From the NCBI GenBank assembly GCA_013239625.1, contig MU053156.1, forward strand, positions 1-50,956: a stretch of 50,956 nucleotides of DNA, in the 5' to 3' direction. Below, in pieces: positions 1 through 12,980 of the stretch (position 1 is the stretch's first letter; the number at the start of each line of letters is the position of its first letter). The position numbers and the translations under genes were made by a program. This DNA comes from Lama guanicoe. Lineage: Eukaryota. Under the pieces are notes generated by a model. It was not told where the DNA came from. It saw nothing but the letters and a program-made list of their open reading frames with translations, and ran no database searches.

Positions 1-175
1 TCCACTGCAGAGCAAGAGTACTAAATTCAAAATCTTGTAAAAAACCATACTGGAAAAGAATACAAAAAAAGAATATATATATCCGAATCACTATGGTGTA
101 CACTAGAAATTAACACAACACTGTAAATCAACTCTACTTCAATTAAAGAACCGTAAAAAAATAAAAATAAAAAAG
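1..175 (+). mobile_element. LINE-1 3' UTR end with A-rich tail (cetartiodactyl-type)
   Basis: Motif gtacactagaaattaacacaacactgtaaatcaactctacttcaattaaa followed by an A-rich tail; the same motif recurs near 19280 and 46215. Confidence 0.8.
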
Positions 176-177
176 GA

Positions 178-258
178 ATATTTGACAGAGATGTATGTTC
201 CCTGCCAGGTCTGAAATATTTACTATCCACCCCTTTTCAGAAAGTTTGTCACCCCTCA
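178..258 (+). mobile_element. hAT-Charlie MITE terminus (MER58-like)
   Basis: tctgaaatatttactatccaccccttttcagaaagtttgtcacccct resembles the MER58 end; a similar end lies at 30310-30365. Confidence 0.55.
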
Positions 259-382
259 TAACTTTGGCAAAGAGCAAAGCAGCCAAGTATACAGCAGATC
301 TTTCATGATCCTGCCCCGCCTGCTCCTCAGCCCCCTCCGCCCCGCTCTCCCGGCTCTGAGCCCCCCGGGGACGGAACCTTAC

Positions 383-744
383 CGGGCCCTGGTTCTCACG
401 GTGCTCTGTCCCCTCGTCCGTCCGGGAAGGCCAGCTCCTGGCGACGACCGCTGACTCAGGCTTCCTCGGGAATGGTACCTCCGGAAACAGGGCACTTCAG
501 CCGCCCCTCGCAAGTCTTTTCTTTCTTTACACCCATCGGGCCATGAATTCACGGGAGTGGGTTTCCGCGGGGCGGGCTCCTTCGCCTCGGCTCTCACGCC
601 GCCCGCCTCTGGCCTCATCGGAGCCCTCTCTGCCTTCCCTCTTTCTCCGACCACTTCCCCGACACGTGTCAGGAAGCGCTCCCGCTCCGCGCGGCAGGAA
701 CCGGGCCCTTGTTCGCTCACAGCGATGACAGCAGCGCGCTGGGT

Positions 745-782
<38 letters not shown>

Positions 783-873
783 TTCGTGGAGCCGTTCGCG
801 GGGCCTGCCTTTTCGAACAGTACCCACGCCCTCGATGGCTCCAACACCCCTTTTCTCGTAACTCCGCTTGCAT
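383..873 (-). other. Candidate first exon of an unidentified gene running leftwards (5' boundary unknown)
   Basis: Donor CCG|GTAAGG on the minus strand (GT at 382-381) at the edge of the island; the ATG ORF from 873 stays open up to this donor. Confidence 0.5.
745..780. repeat. Uninterrupted (GCC)12 / (CGG)12 trinucleotide repeat
   Basis: Counted directly; it translates as P12, G12, or poly-A/poly-R in the different frames. Confidence 0.98.
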
Positions 874-1180
874 GGGGCCCCAGGAGCCACTCCACGTTCG
901 CTGAAAGGCCTGGAGAACACACAGCGCTCACCGCACCGCTCCGCTCCTCCTCGGCGCAGGTCCTCTCTGGAAGCCACTGGAACAAGGCGGGGCCCGCCCC
1001 CGGGAAGAGGGCGTGCCCACGGCGCCCGCTCCAAGGACCCCGGGTCAGGCTGCCCTCCGCGCCGCCTGAAGAAACGCAGCCCCACGGCGCTGAAGGCGTT
1101 CCTGTAGAAAAAAAGTTTGAATCCAGTGATTTTTAAACCCTCGTAGCTCTGAAGTGATACTCCATGAGAAACAGATTTTA

Positions 1181-1275
1181 TATTTTGGGGTTGTTGTTAA
1201 CGGAGGTCCTGGGGAGTGAACCCAGGACCTCGTGCATGCCAAGCATGCACTCTGCCACTGAGCTCTACCCACCCC
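1181..1275 (-). mobile_element. tRNA-derived SINE (camelid Vic-1-like)
   Basis: Minus strand has A box (tagagctcagtggcaga) and B box (gggttcactccc); degenerate TSD gagaaacagatttta (1166-1180) / gagaaatcggtttta (1276-1290). Confidence 0.9.
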
Positions 1276-2869
1276 GAGAAATCGGTTTTAAACTGCAATG
1301 TAAACTAGAAAAAAAAAAAGTCTAGCCTGTGTCTCCTCAAAGAATTTTAGAAATAGGGCTAGCTCAGCTCTCAGGAAATAGTTTTCTTTGCTTTCTCTCT
1401 CTTGGTCCATGTGTTCTCTGCTGATCATTCTTAAAGAACTGGACGTATTGCTCCAATAGCGTCTGGTACATGGTACACACTTGATAGTTTTTAAATTTAT
1501 GAATGAAGACAGGTGCTGAAAAGGCAACAATCTTCAGTTTTCTACTCTAAAAGGGTCTTGTTTTATATACTGAGCCCTCCCGCCAGATTTTGTAATCACA
1601 CCCACTTTTAACAAACTTTTCGTCAGCTCACTAATCTTCCTTTGCCTTTCAGTTAGAAGCAGACATTGCCCAACTAATCTCTAGGTAGGTAGTAATATAA
1701 TTAAACTGAAAACCTAATGCAGTCACATTGTGCTTCATATGGTAGCAATTAATTACTCTCAGGAATAACTCTGGGCTCTATTTTGTGTGATCTACTTAAA
1801 ATAACTTTTAGGTTTGAAAGAGATGATGTGAATGATCTTTAGTTACATATCTGTAACTGAGGACTTATTATTAATGCCTGCACTGAATAACCTGAAAGAA
1901 AGATGACTATTCCAAGAAAGTCTGGTTGCCAAAAAATAGTTTAGAAAGCCTGACTATCTAGTACTAAGTCATGGGAAGTGGGAACAAGTAAGTTGGTTTC
2001 ACTGGAAAATAGTCCACACGCAACACATGGTACATTTCAAATGACTGTCAAGGTCACATACATTTTTATTACATTTTGTCTTCCTACCCATCATTTGACA
2101 GGACCTAAAAAATGAGCCAGCCATACACAGTAAACGGTACTCGGAGCATGTGCGGTCTTCGCATAAGAATACATTCTAGGTTGTGTATCTGCCAGTTGCT
2201 GAGAGCACACGCATTTTTGCGTTTAAAATGTGATTCCACAATTCGTTTCCATTTGATGGCTAATTTGGGGAGATCTGCATGTGTGTTGGCCATTTAAAAA
2301 TATTTTTGGTACAAAGACTATTTTGGCAATTAATTTGTTTTTATTGCTAACTTGTACTGCTAAGACTATTAACAGGGTTGCAACTGCCCATCTATCCTCA
2401 TAGATAAATAGCTCTGAATTCTTTGTGCAGAGGCTGCTGAAGCTGGGCCACTGCCCCTTTGCCCACTCAGTGCCACCAAGAAACCTAGGGAAAGGATACA
2501 GAGGAAGTGTGCTCTCTGTATTCACATACATAATAAAGAGGTGGTACTGTATAGCAAGTGCTATTCTATCAATCAATCTGCTTCAGCTGTCCTTTTCTTT
2601 ATATTATGACAAAATAGAGGCAGCCTACCTGATTGTGTAGGGCTAGTTAGTGTGCAGAAAGCTAGAGCTTCCCTTCAGGAATAAGTTTTAAAGCCTGGTT
2701 AAAGCAGAGGATACCATCTTTTATCACCCCTCCCACCACACTTCCAGGTTTCCCAGGACACCAATCAAGAGGCGTATCATAGAGGTAAGAACAGCTTCCA
2801 TCATCACCTGTGTTTTTGGAAGGAGCAATACTACTACTGATGGAAGAAGCTGTGGTAGAAAAATAGCCT

Positions 2870-3000
2870 TTTATAATTTACAAAGATTGTTATACATTAT
2901 CTTATGGAAGAGAATATTACTCTCATTGTACAGATAAGTTACTGTGGCTTAGAGAAGTTAAGTAATATGTTCAAGATTACACATTTAGTAAGTGGCAGAC
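2870..3000 (-). mobile_element. MIR SINE
   Basis: cattgtacagataag...cttagagaagttaagtaatatgttcaagattacacatttagtaagtggcaga is the reverse of the MIR core. Confidence 0.75.
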
Positions 3001-3179
3001 CTTTTGGCTATAAATCCTATGCTCTATAAACCAATCACTTTTAGATTAAAGAAGAAAAATAGACCCATTAATGTATCATTTCAAGTTTCCAGTCATAATT
3101 TCTTTAAAGCTGATTCTTAGAAAAAAAGTCTGAATGCAGAATACATTTTGATCCTTACCATTTATCTCAGTCATTTATA

Positions 3180-4005
3180 GCCCACAGCTAATATTATACT
3201 CAACTGTGAAAAAAGCATTTCTGCTAAGATTAGGAACAAGCCAAGGATGCTCACTCTTGCCACTTTATGTATAGGAAGTACTAACCACAGTGATCAGACA
3301 AGAAAAAGAAATAAAAGGAATTCAAATTGGAAAGGAAAAAGTAAAACTGTCACTGTTTGCAGATGGCATGATAACTACACACAGAAAATCCTAAAGATGC
3401 CACCAAAAAAACTACTAAAACTCACCAATGAATTCAGTAAAGTTGCAGGATACAAAATTAATATGTAGAAATCCATTGCATTCCTATACCCTAATAACAA
3501 ACTACCATACCAGAAAGAGAAGTTAAGAAAACAGTCTAATTTACAATCACATCATAAAGAATAAAATACCCGGGAATAAATGTAAGTAAGGAGGTAAAAG
3601 ATCTCTACTTGGAAAACTGTAAGGTACTGATGAAAGAAACTGAAGATGATGGAAACAGATGAAAAGATATACCATATTCACGGACTGGAAGAATTAATAT
3701 TTTTAAATGACCATAATATGCAAGACAACCTACAGATTTAATGTAGTATCTATCAAATTACCAAGGGCATTATTCAGAACAAATAATTCTAAAATTTACA
3801 TGGAAACAAAAGACCCTCAATAACCAAAACAATCTTGAGAAAGAAAAACAATCTTAGAAGAAGAAAGCTGAGGGTATCATGCACCCTGATTTCAAACTAC
3901 ATCACCAAGCTATAGTTATCAAAACAGTATGGTACTGACACAAAAACAGATGCAGAGATCAATGGAACAGAACAGAGAGCCCAGAAATAAACTCACACTT
4001 ACATG
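3180..4005 (+). mobile_element. LINE-1 ORF2 fragment (RT region and downstream)
   Basis: Degenerate ORF2 motifs gtttgcagatggcatgata (LFADDMI-like), NEFSKVAGYKIN, and caatggaacagaacagagagcccagaaataaac. Confidence 0.9.
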
Positions 4006-4849
4006 AAGCAAAAATCCACGATGAAGATCTAGCAGCGATAAAAACATCTATACACCAATCGACGCAGCGGGAGCGTCCACAAAGCAGCAGCACAGTACAT
4101 TCCCCACAGTACAAATGTCGCAGCCATCCTCTGACCGATCTGCAAGAAGTCAACCAGGAAATAACAGAAGCACTGGCTAACTGGGGACAGACGAGTATGC
4201 GTGGCCTGGAGGCACATTTTCTTTGCCATTTCAGCAGCTTAGCAGAGAGTGCAGAAAGCTGGCTCAACAGGCGAGCATCGAGCATCAGTTCAGCAGGAGG
4301 GCCGGCTCCAGCCACCTGCCTCCAGAGGTGCTTTCTGACAAGGCTCCTCACTCACTCTCCCAGCTGGCAAGTGTCCAGGGTACATGGCTACATAGGTGTT
4401 CTCTTCTTCCCTAAAATGCTAAATATATACAGCATTACAGAGGTGGGGGTCCCCCTCTCCTGTAACTTTGGTCCCCAAATTTCTTCTACCCTCAAGAATG
4501 ATTTATCTAAATGGCTCCTTCAAAAATGAATAAATGCACGTGTTCTTGGTTGATCTATAATCTCCTTCTTTCTTCTTTTGGAAATGTGCCTGGCCTCCAA
4601 GGTCACACGTGTTCCTGCATGTGTGCACAGGTGCCCTGTGAGTTACAGCCAGAGCCAGCACAGAGCAGCTCCGTCTGGGGGAACTGAGTCTAATGCCGGC
4701 GATCCAAATGAGCAAACCTCATCAACAGATCTGAAGCCACAACCTCAACTTACCTAATACCAATTATAAAAATATTTTGCCTTTTTTTCTAGTTTTCTTT
4801 TTTAATTTATTCCAAACCTCAGAGAGAAAGATGTATCTATTTATTGAGG

Positions 4850-6000
4850 CTTGCTCAGATACACTAATATTAAGTTAAATGCTATTTTCTGCATTGTTGT
4901 TTATAATAGTAAAAAACTAAAAACTATCTAAAAGCCATCAATAAAGGAATAATTATATACATTATGGTATATCCGCAGTAAACAATGCTAGGAAATTCTT
5001 TTTAATTGCAGTGATAAAAATCCACACTAGAGAAACCTACACTCTAAATTACAATGTCTATCACACAGCCAAAGACTACCCAAGGAAACAAGATAAGGGA
5101 AACAGTAAAAAGGAAAAGGTCCACACAAAACTGAGATCTGAAATCATCAAACGCGGACTCTCAAAAACACGAAGCCAAGCAGGAAACTAAACTGCAAACA
5201 GAAAAGTGACATAACAGATTTTTTGAAGAACCAAAAACTATTTTTAAATGAAACAAAAAAACTCTATGAATGTAAAAACATCAGGTGCAGCTTAGGAGAA
5301 AATTACTGAACTGGTGAAGAGGTGACAAACTATTCACAAAGAAGTAAGGAAAAACAAACATGGAAAATACAGAGATAAATGGATGTAGTAAGAAGGTCTG
5401 ATATACGTCTAACTGACAGAAAATAAATGAAACCATCATCTGAATAAGTTTAAAATAAAGCATCAAGTTAAACCTGAAGAAAAAAGGAAGGAATTAATAA
5501 AAACTAGAATAGGAATCAAACAGAAACAACAGAGAGAATTAACAAAGCCCTAAACAGATTTTTTGATGTATAATAAAACTGAGAAGGCTCTGGAGAGACT
5601 GATCAAAGGAGGAGACAGAGGACACGAATTAGGACACCATCAGGAGTGCAAAGGGGACATCACTGCTGGCGCTTCTGACGTTAAACAGAAAAGAACACCG
5701 TGGATGACTTCATACTAATGCATTTGGAAATCTAGATGACATGGATAAATTCCTAAATATTATACATTTCCAAAAATAAAATTTAAAAAACCTGTTTTTG
5801 TGGTTATTTTCATATACATACATACATCTACATGTTTGTACATAATCTATCTAGCAATGTATGTATGCAAATATTCAAGTAAAAATCAAGAAAAGGACTT
5901 AAAATGTACATATTAAATTAGCATATGAGCAATAATTACTTATGTGGAAAGAAACAGAAGGACGGAAAGCTGCTGAAAAGAGTTTTAAATTTTTACATTA
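4850..6000 (+). mobile_element. Old LINE-1 fragments
   Basis: A-rich; aaaggggacatcact and tggaaatctagatgacatggataaattcc are ORF2-like. Confidence 0.6.
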
Positions 6001-6058
6001 AACACATACACAGATATTCCTTGTGGAATTAACAACTAACATCAAAAAGGCAAAAAAT

Positions 6059-6210
6059 GGGGGAGGCTTTAGTTCAAGTGATAGAGTGCATGCTTAGCAT
6101 ATACAAGGTCCTGGGTTCAATCCCCAGTATCTCCTCTAAAAATAAATAAGTAAAATCTAATTACTGCCCCTGCCAAAAAAAAAAAAAAGTTTAAAAAAAC
6201 CCAAAAAATT
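6059..6210 (+). mobile_element. tRNA-derived SINE (camelid Vic-1-like)
   Basis: ggggaggctttagttcaagtgatagagtgcatgcttagcat...ggttcaatccccagtatctcc, a family-specific tail and poly-A. Confidence 0.92.
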
Positions 6211-7699
6211 TTAAAGTGATTTTTTTTCTAGTCTTGTCAAATTCTAGAATATTCTAGGGTAATATTTTAGAGTATGTAACAGAGCTTGGTTGATAAGCCC
6301 ATTATTCTTGCTATATTTAGCAACACATTATAATTTTCACAAAACAGTCCAAAGTCATTAATGTGATTAATACCCCAAAGAAAGCAGCCAAAGCAGTAAA
6401 ACTCCAAAAAGAGACAAGAGACCATTAAGTTGCAAACTGTGACGTGTAACGACTCCATTCTACACCATGATTCAATAGACAGGGGCTGTTAACTACTCAT
6501 ATGGGAAAACAAGTAACTCCTAGGTACTTGTGTCAGCTTTCCATCATTCTTGGTAAGACGGTAAAGAAAACTAAAATTGAGATCTGGAAATTACTACTTG
6601 GAAAACTAAAGTCAAGACTTAACCAGAGTGTTTCACCAATCAACCTTTCACACACCATAATTCAGTACCTCCAATTTCTAGTTATTACATCAAATGGGGG
6701 GTGGGAGGGCACTTAAAATACATGCCAGATAACGTCCAATTTAACTAAAATAATTACTTAAACAGGTCAACTTGGCAGACTGACAGACAATTCTGCAAAC
6801 TTTGAAAATCTTTTCTAAACAATTAACACAACACAGCTAAAATAAAAGCTAAAAGAGGCAATAGTAAAGATAACATAACAAGTGTATAATCTCTCAAATT
6901 GTATTATAATAGTCATTGTGATACTGATTTAAATGTCTTCAGAATAAGCTTTATTTCAGATAAAGCAAAACAAAAATGAAACATCTGGAAAGGCTTTAAA
7001 CTGTATAATGGTGATAAACTTAAACTGAAAAAAATAAGTAAATAACACCTCTGGATTTCTCTCAAGTTATCAGATGCCTCTAAACCAAATGGAAAGCTTA
7101 ACAGGGATACACCTGGAACTGACGCAAGCTCTTGTGTTCATTACTGGAGAATATCTAAATCCTAAAATGGGATACTACAAAGAGTTCTAGGTGGATGTGT
7201 ACCTTTACAAGCTCATTTCTCAGCTGAACATTTTATGTAATTAAAAAGAATATAATGAGTAAGTGCATGAAATGACAAATACAGGACTTTAAACAGGTAA
7301 AAATTACTCACACTTTATTCATATGCAAAAACTCTGGATCTTCCATCAGAAGCTATGACTGCCATAAGTCAGCATCCGAGACTACAATTAAGCCATGATA
7401 AATCAGATGCTGTGCTTCACAGAAAGCTATATACATATATTTTAGAGGAAAATTTTTCCAAATACTTTCACTTATTGTTTATTTACAAGAAATCAAATTA
7501 TAGGAAGTATTTGTCCATAACCAGGATAAGTTTCAGATAACTAGCTTTTTTTTTGTTTGTTTTTAACTACTTAAAACCAGAAAGCCCAGCCTGGTACCCA
7601 GACTAAGGCATCTCCCAAAATTACCCTACAGAAAGAATGGAGTTTTTCATTGTTTCCCAGCCAAATTAAGCATCTGACCATAGCCTCAATGCTGTCTCC

Positions 7700-8135
7700 A
7701 AAAGGGTGCTTGTTGCAATACTGAGCAATTTCTTTACCACGCATCTTACGTGGCCTGTCAGCAGCTTTTGCTCAGTCCCTCCTTCATGAAAGACCTTCTT
7801 CCCCTGGGTGTCAGAATACTGTTTTCTTCCCACCTGCCTACCCAGGTTGATCATTCTCCATCTCCGTTCTGGTTCTTCCTCATCTCAGCCTTGAAACATT
7901 ATAACGCCTCAGGGTTGCCAGACATTTTTTCTCTCTGCATTTAACTTCCTAGGTGCCCCACCCAGGGCCTGAGCTTCACATAGCATCAACATTCTGATGG
8001 CTCCCAAATTCACATCTCAAGCCCGGACTACCTGCTCCTGTCCAGGCTCTCTTGTTGCCTGCCTGACATCTCCAACTTGGATGTCTCCTTAGCATCAACC
8101 AGCTTCACACTTCAAACCTGAACTCCTGACCTACG
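7700..8135 (+). mobile_element. LINE-2 fragment
   Basis: tgatggctcccaaattcacatctcaagccc...gcctgcctgacatctccaacttggatgtct is typical of L2. Confidence 0.75.
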
Positions 8136-10899
8136 CCTCCCATTTTAATCCAGCAGAAGCGTAGTGTTCTAATTTACTCATCATGATACATAAGCAAATT
8201 GGTCCATCTATGTTCATTCTATCATCCTCAGGCACATCCTGGAAACAACACGAACTGGGGTGGAAGAGAAAGAATCAAGCTCAAGCCAGGATGAGCATGA
8301 TTCTTTGAATTTCAGGTACAGGCAAACAGAAACGGGTTCTGAGGGAGAATCCAATCTGAAGACGAGAGGAAACCAGGACAGCTCTGTTCACTGCTCCACC
8401 AGCAGGATCCCAGTCAATTTACTCTTTCAATCGGAGATCCACCATGCCAGGTACTAGGGACAGGTGGAGAAAAAACCCACGGTGTTCTCACAACAAGGAG
8501 GAGACTGGAAAAGTACCAAATGGCAGAGAGGACTGGAATCCACATCTCCTACCTCCACATCGAGAGATTTACTCACGGTACGCCTCAATCAACAGTTATC
8601 AAAACAATTCATAGATGCTCACTGCACTTTGGTAATGTATAAAATATAACTTTTCTATAATAAAATAAACATCTATGGCAAAGCCTCTGAGCAACTCTTA
8701 AACTGAGCTGATGTTCTGACGTAAGACCAGCTTTACAATATGAACTGTACTGTATCTTCTAGCTTAAGGTAAAGACAACAGGAAGACAGACAGATCATGC
8801 AGTCACTCAAACAGAAAGAATATTCTCTTGTACAAAGTCAGCTAGGCTGGGGGAAAAAAGGAGTCTGATTCCCTAACAAACACCTGCAGAAAGGTGACCA
8901 ACATAAAAGTCTGATAGAAATGTGCTTCTGTATTTTTGTGCTTCTTTAGTTTTTAATTATGAGTGACTTACTCTTTATTTCTTTGAGCCTTTCAATCCTA
9001 AAACTCAAAATCATGTCAACAAAAGAAAAATAAATGAGAAGCACTTCATGAGGAGAGGTTTATCCCATAAAATTTACGTAAGATTTTTTTTACACAAAAT
9101 TTTCTGTTTCATTGTACAAAAATATTTTCTATGTATCTGACCCAGAGAGATAGCTTTTTCTGATAGAAAAATGCTTAAAACAATAGATTTTTCAATCACA
9201 TGAAGAAAAGCTAATCAGAGAATTTGAAAACTTTCAAGATCAAATTACTTCCTTTTTATAAAACTTGACAGTGTAACAAAATCTTAAGAAAAAATGATGT
9301 TGTTAAATAGATGAATTTTATGATCTGTCCTCTTAACATAATTACTTGTATTTCAATGCAAATTAAGCTCTGCATTTACATAGCTAAATTGAAGCTTCTG
9401 CAATTTTATTTCATGGTGGGGGGAGCCAGAAATGCCTGGCATTTTAAAGGATTACTGTGGAAGATCATTCATAGAATTATCATCCACATCACACTAGATC
9501 CTACAATTTAAAATTCTGGTGAAGACCTATTTTAAATATTCTTTATCATTAGATAGCAACTCCTTGAGACCTCAACTTGAGAGAACCAGGACATCCCCCC
9601 TCAGAGTTTCTACTTCAGAGAGAACTCTAAAAATGCTTTCCAGCTCTTCATGAAATATCATCTGATTAGACAAAGACTGGTCCTAAGTAGGTAATTAAAT
9701 ACCTTTGCTTGAGAACAGCAGATTCTAAATTGCTAATTTGCACAACAGTGTTCCCAGCAGTAAGGTGCCCAGATCATGCAGCTGGAGGAGGGGTGGAAAG
9801 TTGAGGAACAAGAGCAGTCAGTTATTAGACCAGGATAATCTCATGTCTGCACATCCATGCTGACTTGCTAACGCACAACATTTCAAAGTAGTCAGTTACT
9901 ACTTTCTACCCAGACATCTCATACTTGAAGGGGACAGTGGGGACTTGTAACAATGATCAACTTTTGAGAAACCTGAGAATTTCTTTAGAATAAAATATCT
10001 CAAAAAAAAAAGCCATTTATGTTTTTTTTTTCCTCTGAAAAAGCAGAAGAATTAAATTTTGCTATAGAATTTTGGGGTTACTTCTTAAGACGCCACTAAG
10101 AAGTTAGAAACAGTACAGTAAGTAATTTACTGACTCAATATACAGAACTTCTTTCTCATCTCTATTTTAATAGAACAGCTTTCAAATGCATCCAGTGCCT
10201 ATAAGTTCTTTATAGACCCTTTCATTAAAAACAAGCAGAACACAGTAGCCACTGTGGCCGAGAACAAAGTCCATTCACCCTTTAGAACCCAGAGAAAGAT
10301 ACTCCAGCTGCAAAAAATGAACATGCAACAGGAGGCAGGAGGGGAAAGTGGTATCAAACAGGAAGGATATGTTCTGATTTGTACTATTACTGATACTGCC
10401 ACAATGATGGATCGCAAGATGTATATGGTTGGTCAAAACCAGCTCACAAAATTCCTGACACTTTAACGATCCTCAGATTCATATGAGCAGGTGCCAGCAT
10501 ATCTGTATGTGAAAACAGCCCCAAGTGTACAATGCAGGATCCCCTTCCACCAACATCCATTAACATCCACCAGACAAGCCATTTCCTCTGGGAAAAAATG
10601 ACCCCCGGGAAGTCCTTCTCTACAGAAAATGAACTATGAGGAGAACCAGAGGATAAGGACCCCAAAGAAAACCGGAGGCTTATGTACAAAATCAGGTCCA
10701 TAAACCAATTCTGTTTGACATTCGAAGGGTTTTTTTCTCTCTCAATAAAAACCTTAAAAGTAGGAGATATTTTCTAAAACTGTAGAATTCTGGCTTCTCT
10801 TGAAAATAAGAAAAAAGGATATAAGAAAAAATGCAGAAAATAATTCAAGAAATAACACAAGAGATGTTTGCAGAACTCAAGAGCTATGAATCTACTTTG

Positions 10900-12980
10900 A
10901 TCTAATTTTGGCAAATATAAAGATCATATTTAGTATGTACACATAATGAAGCATAATAACAACTAACTCCCTTAACATCACCACTCAAAGTAAGGAACAG
11001 GTCAGAATACCCTACCTGTCCAGGTGTTTTTTCACCTATTCTTCTATCTGCCTTTCCAAACCCAAAGGTAACCACCGACGTCTGTGTTTATCATTCTCAA
11101 GCTTTTCCTCTGTGTGTGTACTGTGTATGTGATTTCATTACTTGCTTATGTAGCTCCAAATTATATACCATCTTGCATGCTTTCAGTTATACAAAAAGTT
11201 ATATATTGCTTTAATTCAACATTTTTCAAATATTTATCCTTGTTGTTACATGTGTAAGTTACTCACTTATTTGCAATGCTGTCTACACTCAACTGCACAA
11301 AAGGACAAAACATTTATCCATTTCCCCCGTCACTGCAATTTGGTTATTTTCAGCTTTTTATTCTGAACAATATTGCTACTATAAATAGTCTTTGTCTTAA
11401 ATCCAGGGATAAGTTTCCCTAGGATACACCTGCAAAATATCTATAGAATAGTGTAGTGTCAAACTCCAAGTAGCAGTGGATTCATTCGCTGATCAAAATC
11501 GGGAAGTTTTAAAAATAAAGTAAAATAGTATCAAAATGCAACGCACAAAGAAAGGTTATTTCATGAGCGTTTGATACCCACCCACCCCTATGTGTTTACT
11601 GGACCAAACTATAAATATATGTGTTACTATAGGTCTAGAAAAAACAGTCCTAAAGCCACCCTTCTAGGTAAATACTCCACAAAAAAAGTGAACTATTGAG
11701 TCTTATGGGATGTGGATGCTCAACTCGTAAGGCAACACCGAACTGTTTTCCTAACCAGTCACACCAATTTATACTCCCACTGGAAGTGTATAAACTTCCT
11801 CATGACCCACTTCCTTGTTAACTCTCGGTAATATCAGGCATAAGAATTTCTGGCTAACCTAGTAGGTATAAAACAGTATCCCACTGTGGTATGCATCTGC
11901 ATTTCTATGATTACCTCTCAGGATGCTCATCTTTCCTGCAAATACTTCCAACTTCGCTTTTGTGGGAAACATTTTTGTCTTACTGACTTCCAGGCTGCAG
12001 GTATGTATACATGTGTTGATTCTTATATGCATATATATATACACGAATCCTTGGGCAGCTATGTGTTTCAAGTGTTTTCTCCCAGTTTGTGGCTTTTCTT
12101 TCTACTTTCTTTAGAGTGTCTTTTAACAAACATATGTTCTTAAGTTTAATTTTATAGAACACTATCAACCTTTCCCTTTGTGGTTTTTTTTGTGTGTGTG
12201 TGTTTAAGAGATTTTTCACTCCATCAAGACCATACAAGTTAGATTTATTTCATAACTGTAGTCACGTCTTTGCCACCTGCCAGTGATCTGCAGCGCCTCC
12301 TCTCTCCATATCAGTTCCCCTACTTTATGGTTCTACGGTCCACTCCACTGGTCAATTTGTCTATCCCAAAGCCAGTAATATATCACCTTAATTTCTGTAT
12401 CTTTAAAATAGGTCTTGGGCATAATAAGGCAAGGACCCTTATTTCCTTCTTCTTTAAGAATGTTCAGCTATTTTATTTGGGGGCCTGTCTGTGTCCACCA
12501 AGTTCCTCACAAAATTAATGCATTTAATTTCATTTGTGAGAATCATCTTTTTGATACTGAATCTTTCTATTCAATAAGACAAGGTCTCCATTTAATTTTT
12601 TTAGTGTCTTACAGTAAAGTTTCATAATTTTTCCAAACAGCTTGCATATACTTCTAGATCCACTTTTGTTTCTACTGTCAACGTTATCTTTCTTTGATTG
12701 AAACCTTTTGTCTGTTGCTGGTAGGAAGAAAGGCAATTAATTATTTTTTAATATGACTCTTCTATTCAGCTATCTTGCAACATTCATTATTTCTAATAAT
12801 TTATTGATCCTTATGGATTTTCAATGGAGACAGTCACCACTTGAGAAAGACAGTGTTATATTTCTTCTTTTTCAGCCATCATTGTATTTCCACTCCCCGC
12901 CTTCTGCACACATGCCAGAATTTTCAGAACCATCTTGAACAGAGGTGGTGGGGGCCTTCTGCCTTTTTTCTGACTTTAGG
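10900..12980 (-). mobile_element. Old LINE-1 3' portion, antisense, with a probable small DNA-transposon insert at about 11455-11660
   Basis: T-rich; cacaccaatttatactcccac and gtggtatgcatctgcatttctatgattac match reversed L1 ORF2/3' motifs. Confidence 0.75.

Larger units (their letters stand above)
310..1105. promoter_or_regulatory. CpG island / promoter
   Basis: GC- and CpG-dense compared with AT-rich flanks; GC box cccgcccc (993-1000), palindromic E-box gacacgtgtc (661-670), ETS-like ccggaa (481-486). Confidence 0.9.

Noticed and set aside
527..1136. Overlapping poly-Pro, poly-Ala and poly-Arg ORFs across the GCC repeat
   Set aside because: Non-ATG starts in stop-poor GC-rich DNA, with no recognisable protein.
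1600..2660. Repeat-poor stretch with TAATTA-type motifs, possible enhancer or 3' UTR
   Set aside because: Conservation cannot be judged from one sequence, and the motifs are expected in AT-rich DNA.
3959..4529. Cluster of 60-130 aa ORFs
   Set aside because: No family similarity; one runs into antisense L1.
6059..6135. tRNA-Ala-like genes (also at 1200, 33930 and 43581)
   Set aside because: Shared non-tRNA tails, poly-A and TSDs, plus mutated stems, show they are SINEs.
10199..10701. Short ORFs on both strands
   Set aside because: No recognisable domain or convincing pair of splice sites.
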